From: Pseudomonadota bacterium
GTDB lineage: Bacteria; Pseudomonadota; Gammaproteobacteria; Poriferisulfidales; JAYYZZ01
Length of the DNA: 64,000 nucleotides
Direction of reading: 5' to 3'
Assembly: GCA_036687665.1 (NCBI GenBank)
Contig: JAYYZZ010000003.1
Coordinates: forward strand, 132,129-196,128
The translations under genes were made by a program, and so were the position numbers. Every line of letters begins with the position of its first letter. The first letter of the stretch is position 1. Positions 49,840 through 58,733 of this stretch are shown piece after piece. Under the pieces are notes generated by a model. It did no database searches. It saw nothing but the letters and a program-made list of their open reading frames with translations, and was not told where the DNA came from.

Positions 49840-50928
49840 ATGAAATATACTTTACATTTTCTTATCGCTTGTTCTTTCATGCTTTCATCCTTTAGCGTGA
49901 ATGGTAAAGAGCGTGTTCATTTTATTGCTGCCGAAGAGGTTTACTGGGAGTATTTGCCCCAAGGTCAAAATATCATGATGGGCAGAGGAATAGATGAGGA
50001 CGAGGAAGTTTTCACTAAAAATACGTCGCACTTGATTGGCTCAAAATACAAAAAAGCTATCTATCGTGCATACACAGATGCATCATTTACAAAACGTGTT
50101 AAACGCCCAGAGAAATGGGAACATTTAGGCATTTTAGGCCCAGTGATTCACGCTGAGGTTGGAGACAATATAAAAGTTATTTTCAAAAATAAAGCTAGCC
50201 GATCTTATAGCATGCACCCGCACGGTGTATTTTATAAAAAAGATTCAGAAGGCGCACCCTATAACGATAAAACGTCTGGTGCTGACAAAAAGGATGATTC
50301 TGTTTCTCCTGGTGACACCTATGTATACAACTGGGATGTCCCAGAAACTGCAGGTCCTGCTAGCAATGATAGCAGCTCAGTAGGATGGCTATACCATTCT
50401 CATGTTAATGAAATTCGAGATACGAATACAGGTTTAGTTGGCGCAATAATTGTAACATCTGCCGGAAAGGCACGAAAAGACGGCACCCCCGCAGATGTTG
50501 ATACAGAGTTTATCAATTTGTTTACAGTAATGAATGAAAATGAAAGCTGGTATTTACAGAACAATATTGCTGAATTTGCAAAAGACCCATCGAATGCCAT
50601 GTCAAATGAAGATTTTGAAGAAAGCAATTTAATGCATACAATCAATGGCTATGTTTTTGGCAATGTTCCCAGCTTGATAGCAAAACAGGGTACCCGTGTA
50701 CGATGGTATACCATGGCTTTAGGAACAGAAGTAGATCTACACTCGCCTCATTGGCACGGGAATACCGGCATTAGCCACGGCAACAGAATCGATGTTGTTA
50801 GCTTAATACCAGCACAAACGATCACAGTGGATATGATACCCAATAACCCTGGAATATGGATGTATCATTGCCATGTAAATGATCATTTAGCTGCTGGAAT
50901 GACGGCCTTGTATGAAGTGACTAAATAA
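49840..50928 (+). CDS. Secreted two-domain multicopper oxidase, ceruloplasmin/hephaestin-like
   Basis: Copper motifs HPHG, WLYHSH, HSPHWHG and YHCHVNDHLAAGM. Signal peptide MKYTLHFLIACSFMLSSFSVNG. Alternative starts are ATG 49825 and TTG 49801. Confidence 0.85.
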   Translation: MKYTLHFLIACSFMLSSFSVNGKERVHFIAAEEVYWEYLPQGQNIMMGRGIDEDEEVFTKNTSHLIGSKYKKAIYRAYTDASFTKRVKRPEKWEHLGILGPVIHAEVGDNIKVIFKNKASRSYSMHPHGVFYKKDSEGAPYNDKTSGADKKDDSVSPGDTYVYNWDVPETAGPASNDSSSVGWLYHSHVNEIRDTNTGLVGAIIVTSAGKARKDGTPADVDTEFINLFTVMNENESWYLQNNIAEFAKDPSNAMSNEDFEESNLMHTINGYVFGNVPSLIAKQGTRVRWYTMALGTEVDLHSPHWHGNTGISHGNRIDVVSLIPAQTITVDMIPNNPGIWMYHCHVNDHLAAGMTALYEVTK

Positions 50929-50990
50929 CTTTTCTATTTTTTCTTTAAATATTGCCAAATTCAGGACTCTTAAAACTGATTTAGTGTCGA

Positions 50991-51010
50991 AATTCGCGTA
51001 GAATTCGCGT
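50991..51010 (+). repeat. Tandem direct repeat AATTCGCGT x2 (11-bp period)
   Basis: AATTCGCGT-AG-AATTCGCGT read directly, 29 nt upstream of the cytochrome c start. A degenerate third GAATTT follows. Confidence 0.5.
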
Positions 51011-51038
51011 TTGAATTTATAAAGAGAGCGGAGTTTTT

Positions 51039-51344
51039 TTGAAACAGCGTAATTTGACATATTTTTTTACTTTATGTGCTTTTATCATGCCATTTAATTT
51101 GCATGCAGATACCGGTGAGGAGATTTACAATGCCGTTTGTTTCGCATGCCATAATTCAGGCGTAATGGGATCACCGAAAATTGACGATAAAGAATATTGG
51201 GCTAAAGAGGTCAAAGAAGAGGGTTTAGATCATCTTTACCAGGCTGCTATCAATGGTAAGGGTGGCATGCCTCCAAAAGGTGGGCGTGCAGATTTATCTG
51301 ATGAGCAGGTTAAAGCAGCAGTTGATTTTATGGTTAAGCAATAA
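51039..51344 (+). CDS. Class I c-type cytochrome (c5-like)
   Basis: Signal peptide, CFACHNSG heme motif and a distal GGMPPKG Met ligand region. TTG start 5 nt after a GGAG SD. Confidence 0.85.
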   Translation: MKQRNLTYFFTLCAFIMPFNLHADTGEEIYNAVCFACHNSGVMGSPKIDDKEYWAKEVKEEGLDHLYQAAINGKGGMPPKGGRADLSDEQVKAAVDFMVKQ

Positions 51345-51598
51345 TGGTTACTATTCGTTTAGCGAGAGGTGGTGTAAAAAAAAGACCTTTCTACCATATC
51401 GTGGTAACCGATTCTCGCAAAAGACGTGATAGCTCATACATAGAGCGGCTGGGATTTTTTAATCCCATCGCCTCAGGAGAGGAAGTGCGTCTTAAGATCG
51501 ACCATGAGAGGATCCAACATTGGGTCGGCAATGGGGCCCAAATTAGCGATCGAGTAAATAGCCTTATCAAAGAAGACCAAAAAACGAAAACAGTCTAA
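51344..51598 (+). CDS. rpsP: 30S ribosomal protein S16
   Basis: [24 protein letters not shown]-type N-terminus. Confidence 0.97.
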   Translation: MVTIRLARGGVKKRPFYHIVVTDSRKRRDSSYIERLGFFNPIASGEEVRLKIDHERIQHWVGNGAQISDRVNSLIKEDQKTKTV

Positions 51599-51609
51599 AA
51601 GCTCGCGCC

Positions 51610-52125
51610 GTGAGCAGACCACAAGATACAAAAATTGAATTAGGGCGCATCTCTGGTTTGCATGGTGTCAAAGGATGGGTCAAAGTTTTTTCCTACACAA
51701 AACCAAGAGCAGAAATTTTGAATTATTCTGCCTGGACAGTTTGCCAAAAAGGGACTTCAAGAATATTTCATTTGCTCTCAGGCAAAGAGCAAGGGAAGAA
51801 TATACTAGCGCAACTCAAGGGTATTCAGACTAGAGAGGAGGCTGCTTTGCTTGTTGAATCGACAATCGAGGTAGAATTTTCTCAGCTTAAGCCACTTAAA
51901 AAAGGGCAATATTATTTTTCTCAGTTGGTCGGGTTGGAGGTAGTAAATTTACGAGGGTGTAATTTTGGAGTAATTGAAGATTTGATTCAAACTGGATCAA
52001 ATGATGTTTTGGTTGTAAAAGGAAGTAATGAAATCTTAATTCCATATATTGCGAGTCAAGTTATAAAAGATGTGGACCTTGAGAATAAAAAAATGCTAGT
52101 AGATTGGGACCTGGAAAATGAGTGA
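51610..52125 (+). CDS. rimM: Ribosome maturation factor RimM
   Basis: LGRISGLHGVKGWVKV motif and a PRC barrel C-terminus. GTG start. Confidence 0.93.
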   Translation: MSRPQDTKIELGRISGLHGVKGWVKVFSYTKPRAEILNYSAWTVCQKGTSRIFHLLSGKEQGKNILAQLKGIQTREEAALLVESTIEVEFSQLKPLKKGQYYFSQLVGLEVVNLRGCNFGVIEDLIQTGSNDVLVVKGSNEILIPYIASQVIKDVDLENKKMLVDWDLENE

Positions 52126-52873
52126 TGTAGTTCAAAAAGTCGATGTAATATGTTTATTTCCGCAAATCATAGAATCAGTGATAAGTTGCGGCGTGACCGG
52201 CGGTGCTCTTGAAAAAAAGCTATTAGAGGTAAAATGTTGGAATCCCCGCGATTATACTGAAGATAAGCACCGCACAGTTGATGATAAACCTTATGGGGGA
52301 GGTCCCGGGATGGTTCTTATGGCAAAACCGTTGTCGGCAACTCTTGAGCAGATAAAAGATCAGGCGAAGGGTCCTAGTAAAGTTATATATATGAGTCCAC
52401 AGGGACACGCAGTTACTCAACCCATGCTACAAAGTGTCATAAATACGCAAAAGGTGATCTTAATCGCGGGAAGATATGAAGGCATTGACGAACGTTTCAT
52501 TGATGCAGAGGTTGACGAAGAGTGGTCACTAGGAGATTATGTGCTAAGTGGTGGGGAGCTAGCAGCAGCCGTTGTAATCGACGCTATTGCAAGGCTTTTA
52601 CCTGGTGCTGTCGGAGACAGCGACTCTATACAACAGGATTCATTTATGCAGGGTTTGCTTGATTACCCACAATATTCAAGGCCAAAAGAGTTTCAAGGAC
52701 GTAAAATTCCTCAGGTGTTGTTAAGCGGGGATCACGAGGCAATAAGACGATGGCGGTTGCAACAGTCTCTAATACGCACTTTTAAAAGACGCCCAGATTT
52801 GTTACAAATGTACAAAATGAATGCCGAAGAGCAAGGGTTGCTCGATGAATTTTTAGCTAATGAAGGGAAATGA
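52118..52873 (+). CDS. trmD: tRNA (guanine37-N1)-methyltransferase
   Basis: [21 protein letters not shown] and LSGGE motifs. Confidence 0.97.
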   Translation: MSDVVQKVDVICLFPQIIESVISCGVTGGALEKKLLEVKCWNPRDYTEDKHRTVDDKPYGGGPGMVLMAKPLSATLEQIKDQAKGPSKVIYMSPQGHAVTQPMLQSVINTQKVILIAGRYEGIDERFIDAEVDEEWSLGDYVLSGGELAAAVVIDAIARLLPGAVGDSDSIQQDSFMQGLLDYPQYSRPKEFQGRKIPQVLLSGDHEAIRRWRLQQSLIRTFKRRPDLLQMYKMNAEEQGLLDEFLANEGK

Positions 52874-52877
52874 TCCA

Positions 52878-53273
52878 ATGACAGATATTATTAAACAACT
52901 CGAAGATGAGCAAATTAAAAAAGATTTACCTGATTTTGCTGCAGGCGATTCTGTAGTGGTAAATGTTAAAGTTCGTGAGGGAGAGCGTGTCAGGCTGCAA
53001 GCTTTTGAAGGTGTCGTGATAGCCATACGTAACCGAGGATTGAATAGCTCATTTACCGTACGGAAAATTTCACATGGTGAGGGTGTAGAGCGAGTATTTC
53101 AAACCCATAGCACGTTGATTGATAATATTGAAATTAAAAGGCGCGGAGACGTATCGCGTGCAAAGCTTTACTATATGCGTGAAAGATCAGGCAAGTCTGC
53201 AAGAATTAAAGAAAAACTAAGTTCTGGCTCAAAAAAAGGTTTTCTTTCCAAAGTTAAAGAAAAGTTTTCCTAA
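52878..53273 (+). CDS. rplS: 50S ribosomal protein L19
   Basis: [25 protein letters not shown] motif. ATG 52878 lies after a GAAGGGA SD. The C-terminus has a Lys/Ser-rich extension. Confidence 0.95.
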   Translation: MTDIIKQLEDEQIKKDLPDFAAGDSVVVNVKVREGERVRLQAFEGVVIAIRNRGLNSSFTVRKISHGEGVERVFQTHSTLIDNIEIKRRGDVSRAKLYYMRERSGKSARIKEKLSSGSKKGFLSKVKEKFS

Positions 53274-53282
53274 TTATTATTC

Positions 53283-53780
53283 TTGAACTACAGCGCTATT
53301 ATTAATTCTCCAGTCGGCTATATTGGGATTCTTGCACAAAATGAAAGTGTCCTGAATGTTCACTACCTTTTAAGCAGCGCCCGCGTAAAACAACCGAAAG
53401 ATATTTTTACAAAAGAGATAGTGCGACAGTGTGACGCATATTTCTCGGAAGCACAGTGGAAATTCAACATAAGATCGCAATTTTACGGTACTCCTTATCA
53501 GCGGCGCGTCTGGAAAGTGTTAGCTCGTATTAGGTATGGAGAAACAAAAACATATGGTGAAATTGCTCGAGAAATTGCAAGCGGCGCCCGTGCTGTAGGT
53601 AATGCATGCAAAGCTAATCCAGTACATCTGATTGTCCCTTGCCATCGAGTTGTCGGAGTGAAAAGTTTTGGTGGTTTTTTGGGTGATCATTCCGGAGCTA
53701 GAGTTTTAATAAAACAGTGGCTTCTCCAGCACGAAAAAGGCAAGAAACAAGAACCAATTAAGAAGAAATTTTTAGTATAG
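53283..53780 (+). CDS. ogt: Methylated-DNA--protein-cysteine methyltransferase
   Basis: IVPCHRVV active-site motif and the YGEIAREIA helix. TTG start 9 nt after the rplS stop. Confidence 0.88.
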   Translation: MNYSAIINSPVGYIGILAQNESVLNVHYLLSSARVKQPKDIFTKEIVRQCDAYFSEAQWKFNIRSQFYGTPYQRRVWKVLARIRYGETKTYGEIAREIASGARAVGNACKANPVHLIVPCHRVVGVKSFGGFLGDHSGARVLIKQWLLQHEKGKKQEPIKKKFLV

Positions 53781-53893
53781 ATGTCTTGCATTATTGGAAA
53801 CTAGATAAAGAAGATTGTTTGTGCAAGACAATCAGCATATGCTTATTATAGGTATTGTCTTTATTTATATTGTTTATCATTGCGGAGGTTGAG

Positions 53894-54079
53894 ATGAATG
53901 AGGAAACCCAAAAAGATATACGTTCTTTACTAAAGAGCTTTGGTATCAAAGCTCATGAGGCTATCGATCAGCATATTGCAGGCCAAGCTTCTCAAGGCTC
54001 TATTGAACTTAGAATTGTTTTGGAAGATAAAAGCTCGTCAGAGAAACTTTTGACAGTTGAAGGAGAGATTAACACTTAA
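53894..54079 (+). CDS. Small DUF6494-like protein
   Basis: ATG 53894 follows a GGAGG SD. The MNEETQKDIRSLLKSFGI N-terminus resembles that family as I recall it. The ORF track starts earlier, at 53855. Confidence 0.5.
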   Translation: MNEETQKDIRSLLKSFGIKAHEAIDQHIAGQASQGSIELRIVLEDKSSSEKLLTVEGEINT

Positions 54080-54097
54080 ATTGATGTATCTTAATGT

Positions 54098-54532
54098 ATG
54101 GCTAGTAAAAAAGAATTTTGGAAGTATAAGCAGCTTGACGACATGACCCATTCTGAATGGGAGTCTTTGTGTGATGGTTGTGGACAATGCTGTCAAATCA
54201 AACTTGAAGACAGTGACACAGGGAAACTTATACATACAAATGTGGCATGCCACCTGCTGGACTTAGAAACGTGTAAATGCTCAGACTATACGAACAGGAG
54301 GCAAAAAGTGCCTGATTGTGTAGTTTTAAAGCCTGAAGAACTAAAAAATAATGATTGGCTTCCTGCAACTTGCGCATACCTTCGTTTATCTAAGGGTCAG
54401 CCTTTACCTAAATGGCATTATTTACGTTCTGGTAAATCTGATAGCGTGCATCTAGCTAAAATATCTATTAAATCAAAAGCAGTCCATGAAACAGACGTTG
54501 TGGATATCGCTAAACACTTCATAACTTCATAA
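54098..54532 (+). CDS. ycgN: YcgN-family (UPF0260) cysteine-cluster protein
   Basis: FWKYKQLDDMTHSEWESLCDGCGQCC...CKCSDY pattern. Confidence 0.85.
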   Translation: MASKKEFWKYKQLDDMTHSEWESLCDGCGQCCQIKLEDSDTGKLIHTNVACHLLDLETCKCSDYTNRRQKVPDCVVLKPEELKNNDWLPATCAYLRLSKGQPLPKWHYLRSGKSDSVHLAKISIKSKAVHETDVVDIAKHFITS

Positions 54533-54543
54533 ACACTCTTACT

Positions 54544-55854
54544 GTGAGTATTTTAAAATTCAAGAACAAAACGCAACTTAGGCCAGACGTCTTATCTTTT
54601 TCTGATTACAACATTTCTACAGAGAACATAAGTGAAAATGCAAAAGAAGTTATCTATAAATTGTATGACAACGGTTTCGAAGCTTACCTTGTCGGCGGTT
54701 GCATTAGAGATATGATGGCAGGCGTTCAGCCTAAGGATTTTGATATTGTGACAAGTGCTCGCCCTGAACAGATTCGTAATCTTTTCAGTAACTCTCGTCT
54801 TATTGGAAGACGTTTTCGCCTTGCACATGTTTTATTTGGTTCTGAATTTGTCGAAGTCGCAACCTTCCGTGCTTTGCATGGTTTCACGGGTGCTTCAGGG
54901 GCAGCATCAAATAAAGAGGGCCGTATTATAAAAGATAATATCTATGGAAAAATTGAAGAAGATGTTTTAAGGCGTGATTTTACAGTTAATTCTTTATATA
55001 TGGATATCCAAAATCACACAATTATTGATTACTTGGGGGGTGCGAAAGATTTGGCGAATCAATGCATTCGTTTGATTGGCGACCCAGAAACAAGTTACAG
55101 GGAAGATCCTGTCCGTATACTCCGCGCGATACGCTTTTCAAGCAAACTTGATTTTAAAATAGAAGGCACTGCTGCAAAACTGATACCACAATTTTCTGAT
55201 TCACTAGATACAATTTCCCCATCACGCTTATTTGATGAGGCTATCAAGATTTTTCATTGCGGGGCTTCACAGAAAGCTTTGAACTTACTCATAGAGTTTG
55301 ATCTGCTTGAAAAGCTTTTTCCGCACACTGTAGCATTGCTAAAAGATACGCCTGAGAAATATGAACCATTTTTTCAAGAAGCGTTGAGAAGTACTGACGC
55401 AAGAGTCCAGCAAAATTTACCACTGAACCCTGCCTTTTTGTTCTGTGTTTTTCTGTGGCCGGTCATTAGCAAACTCAAGTCTGAACTGAATCCTGGTGAA
55501 TTCAGCGAATGGAATGCATTTAGGCTTTGCGGAACACGTGCTTTGGAAATTCAAGCTCGCAATACAACAATACCTAAATATTATATTAAAACAGCAAAAG
55601 ATATTTGGGCTTTGCAGTCTAGGTTTGCTCAAACTAAGAAAGCAAACGCGCGCAAATTGTTAAAGCATCCTAAATTTCGCGCAGCGTATGATTTTTTATG
55701 TTTGAGACTTTTTGAAGATGAAACATTGTCACCCACATGTAAGTGGTGGACAGATATTCAGGAGCTACCCGAGTTTCAACACGTCCTTAGTAGGGCCAAA
55801 AAGGCAGGTTACCAGAGATATAAAGATAAAAAAGACAAACGTGATTACCGATAA
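54544..55854 (+). CDS. pcnB: Poly(A) polymerase I
   Basis: AYLVGGCIRD and RDFTVNSLY nucleotidyltransferase motifs. GTG start. Conserved pcnB-folK synteny. Confidence 0.93.
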   Translation: MSILKFKNKTQLRPDVLSFSDYNISTENISENAKEVIYKLYDNGFEAYLVGGCIRDMMAGVQPKDFDIVTSARPEQIRNLFSNSRLIGRRFRLAHVLFGSEFVEVATFRALHGFTGASGAASNKEGRIIKDNIYGKIEEDVLRRDFTVNSLYMDIQNHTIIDYLGGAKDLANQCIRLIGDPETSYREDPVRILRAIRFSSKLDFKIEGTAAKLIPQFSDSLDTISPSRLFDEAIKIFHCGASQKALNLLIEFDLLEKLFPHTVALLKDTPEKYEPFFQEALRSTDARVQQNLPLNPAFLFCVFLWPVISKLKSELNPGEFSEWNAFRLCGTRALEIQARNTTIPKYYIKTAKDIWALQSRFAQTKKANARKLLKHPKFRAAYDFLCLRLFEDETLSPTCKWWTDIQELPEFQHVLSRAKKAGYQRYKDKKDKRDYR

Positions 55855-56368
55855 AATAAATATAAACAATCTTTCTGAAGATATTCTGTCTGACGTTTTT
55901 GTAGGCATTGGAAGTAATCTTGAAAACCCCAGCCTACAGGTGAAAGAAGCTTTCAAGGAATTGAGCTTACTTCGGAATACAAAGTGCCATGCTGTTTCTA
56001 GCTTGTATAAAAGTAAGCCTATGGGCCCCCAAAATCAGCCAGATTATATGAATGCAGCAGCTTGGCTAAAAACAAGCCTTGCCCCTGAACATTTTTTGAA
56101 TGAGTTGCAAAACATTGAAGATCAACATTGTCGCGATCATGACAACGAGCATTGGGGGCCACGTACCCTAGATTTAGATATTATTGTTTTTTCTGATATA
56201 ACGATGAGCAATAATAGGCTAACTATTCCACACCCCTTGGCGCATGAAAGAGGTTTTGTGTTACGGCCTTTGCATGAAATAAAGCCAGATTTATATATTC
56301 CAAACCAAGGGTATGTGCGTGAATTATTGCAGAACTGTAAATATAATAGTGTAGAAAAAGTTACTTAA
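55841..56368 (+). CDS. folK: 2-amino-4-hydroxy-6-hydroxymethyldihydropteridine diphosphokinase
   Basis: VFVGIGSNL, GPRTLDLDII and HPLAHERGFVL motifs. The in-frame GTG 55841 is inferred as the start (14-nt overlap with pcnB). The ORF track extension to 55712 lies inside pcnB. Confidence 0.88.
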   Translation: MITDKININNLSEDILSDVFVGIGSNLENPSLQVKEAFKELSLLRNTKCHAVSSLYKSKPMGPQNQPDYMNAAAWLKTSLAPEHFLNELQNIEDQHCRDHDNEHWGPRTLDLDIIVFSDITMSNNRLTIPHPLAHERGFVLRPLHEIKPDLYIPNQGYVRELLQNCKYNSVEKVT

Positions 56369-56374
56369 TGAGAT

Positions 56375-57031
56375 ATGGACACACAGTTACCACAATATAT
56401 TGTCATTGAAGGGCCAATTGGTGTTGGTAAAACAAGTTTAGCGACCAAACTAGCCGAACAATTTAATGCAGATTTGCTTTTGGAGGATGTTCTCGATAAT
56501 CCTTTTTTAGAGAAATTTTATGAGAATCCCAGGGAAGCAGCTTTATCTGCCCAACTGCATTTCTTGTTGCAACGATCACGACAAATACAAAACTTAAGAC
56601 AGCAAGATATATTTTCATCCACGCGTATTGCCGATTTTATGCTTGAGAAAGACAAATTATTTGCAAAAGTTAACCTTAGTCCCGATGAATATGGTTTATA
56701 TGAAAGAGTATATGAGCATTTATCGGTTGATGCGCCGACCCCAGATTTAGTGATTTATTTGCAGGCATCTCCTAAAGTTTTAATGGAGCGAATTGAAAGG
56801 CGCGCGCGCGATTATGAGAAGCGTATTAAGTTGCAGTATCTTGAGGATTTAAGTAGCGCTTACGCAGAATTTTTTCACAGATATGATGGGTCACCACTTT
56901 TAGCTGTAAACGCGAGTGCCGCTGACTTTGTGACTGATGAAAAAAGCTATCAAAATTTATTAGATGAAATACTAGCCACCAAAGCAGGAAGGAATTATTA
57001 CAACCCTTCTCCATATGTAATAAATTTATGA
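56375..57031 (+). CDS. Deoxynucleoside kinase
   Basis: IVIEGPIGVGKTS P-loop and an ERIERRARDYE LID-like region. Confidence 0.85.
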   Translation: MDTQLPQYIVIEGPIGVGKTSLATKLAEQFNADLLLEDVLDNPFLEKFYENPREAALSAQLHFLLQRSRQIQNLRQQDIFSSTRIADFMLEKDKLFAKVNLSPDEYGLYERVYEHLSVDAPTPDLVIYLQASPKVLMERIERRARDYEKRIKLQYLEDLSSAYAEFFHRYDGSPLLAVNASAADFVTDEKSYQNLLDEILATKAGRNYYNPSPYVINL

Positions 57032-57819
57032 AAAAGAATCTCTCAAGCAATAATATAACCTTATCTGTTTTAAGAAAAATGAAAGGTAAGCAAAAGATAG
57101 TTTGCCTTACTTCTTATGATGCAACCTTTTCTAGAATTATGGATGATGCTGGCATCGACATAATCTTGGTGGGCGATTCATTAGGCATGGTTATCAAGGG
57201 TAAAGACGACACTGTTTGCGTGACCATGAACGATGTTGTTTACCATACAGCATGCGTGGTAGAGGGGTCTAATCGTTCTTTAATAATAGCTGATATGCCG
57301 TTTATGAGCTACAACGATGCCGAGAGCGCTGTTAATAATGCAAAGCAGTTAATGCAAGAAGGTGGCGCACATATGATTAAACTAGAAGCCAATGAGCGAC
57401 AAATTGAAATCATTAGAGAAATGAATTTTTGCTCTATACCGGTGTGTGCACATTTAGGTGTGCGCCCACAAAGTGTTCACAAACAAGGAGGTTATACACT
57501 GCAAGGCAAAGATAGCGAATCAATGTCACGTTTAGTGGAAAATGCTCTTGCTGTTGAGGAGGCGGGGGCAGATATCTTGCTACTAGAATGTGTTGCTGAC
57601 GATCTAGCGAAAGAAATAACAAATACTATATCGATTCCTGTTATAGGCATTGGGTCTGGAAAATATTGCGATGGGCAGATACAAGTGCTATATGATCTTT
57701 TAGGAATTTCAGACCCGATGCCAAAGTTTGCTCAAAGTTTTATGCAGGCAAACAAGTCTATTCAAGACGCAATTATTGCTTATATCGAGGCTGTCCGCGC
57801 AGAGCAATTCCCGGCTTAG
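57028..57819 (+). CDS. panB: 3-methyl-2-oxobutanoate hydroxymethyltransferase
   Basis: LTSYDA, ILVGDSLGMV and HLGVRPQS motifs. Confidence 0.96.
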   Translation: MKKNLSSNNITLSVLRKMKGKQKIVCLTSYDATFSRIMDDAGIDIILVGDSLGMVIKGKDDTVCVTMNDVVYHTACVVEGSNRSLIIADMPFMSYNDAESAVNNAKQLMQEGGAHMIKLEANERQIEIIREMNFCSIPVCAHLGVRPQSVHKQGGYTLQGKDSESMSRLVENALAVEEAGADILLLECVADDLAKEITNTISIPVIGIGSGKYCDGQIQVLYDLLGISDPMPKFAQSFMQANKSIQDAIIAYIEAVRAEQFPA

Positions 57820-57832
57820 GTGTAACACTCAT

Positions 57833-58684
57833 ATGCATGTAATTACTTCCGCAGAAGAATTAAGTCAGATTCTTGAAAAAAAAAGGCCGCAATCAAAAAT
57901 TGCTTTAGTCCCAACTATGGGGAACATACATGAGGGTCACTTGAAGTTGATAAGAGCCGCAGGAAAAGCTTGCAACACTGTGATTGTGAGTCTTTTTGTC
58001 AACCCTTTACAGTTTAATGAAACTGAGGATTATGATGCTTATCCAAGAACAATGGATGCCGATATTCAGTTGCTTGAATTATCCAGCACAGACATATTAT
58101 TTGCTCCTGCAGATAAAGAAATTTTACCCAAAGGAAAGTTTCGAGCAGAAAAGGAAGATTTTGGGGAATTAATGGACATTTTGTGCGGAAAGTTCAGGCC
58201 TGGACATTTTCTTGGGGTTGCCAGCATTGTCCAGCAGTTATTTTTATTGGCACGACCAGATGTTGTAATTTTTGGAGAAAAAGATTACCAACAGCTAGTA
58301 ATAGTAAAAAAAATTGCTGAAAAATTACCTTTCCCTGTAGAAGTTATGGGGGTGGAAACTGTAAGAACACCTTCTGGTTTAGCTTTAAGCTCTAGAAATG
58401 AGTATTTAAGTAAAGAAGAAAAAAAGGTAGCGCCAGAGCTTCATGCATCCCTTTCTGTAATTAAAGCTACTTTAGAGGCTGGCAAGCTCGATTTTGAATT
58501 TATAGCAAACCAAGAAAAAGAACGCTTATCTAGCCTTGGTTTTAAGGTAGAATATTTGGAGTTGAGAAGATCTTTAGATCTAGGTATTGCAAGAGCGAGC
58601 GATACAAACCTTACCATATTAGCCGCTGCTTGGCTGGGGAAGGCTAGATTGATTGATAATGTGTGTTTGATGCGAACACGGTAA
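57833..58684 (+). CDS. panC: Pantoate--beta-alanine ligase
   Basis: VPTMGNIHEGHL and IVSLFVNPLQF motifs. ATG 57833 is chosen; the ORF track start at 57728 lies inside panB. Confidence 0.95.
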   Translation: MHVITSAEELSQILEKKRPQSKIALVPTMGNIHEGHLKLIRAAGKACNTVIVSLFVNPLQFNETEDYDAYPRTMDADIQLLELSSTDILFAPADKEILPKGKFRAEKEDFGELMDILCGKFRPGHFLGVASIVQQLFLLARPDVVIFGEKDYQQLVIVKKIAEKLPFPVEVMGVETVRTPSGLALSSRNEYLSKEEKKVAPELHASLSVIKATLEAGKLDFEFIANQEKERLSSLGFKVEYLELRRSLDLGIARASDTNLTILAAAWLGKARLIDNVCLMRTR

Positions 58685-58733
58685 TCTATCATAATCGCTA
58701 TAGTACTTAATGTTTAGATAAGGAAGGTAAGAC

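Noticed and set aside
53220-53273. Lys/Ser-rich C-terminal extension of about 17 aa on ribosomal protein L19
   Set aside because: It is probably a lineage-specific tail. There is no frameshift or fused domain, and the same frame is maintained from the conserved core.
55712-55840. Upstream extension of the folK ORF (and the analogous panC extension at 57728-57832)
   Set aside because: The extensions lie inside pcnB and panB respectively. The conserved enzyme cores start after GTG 55841 and ATG 57833.
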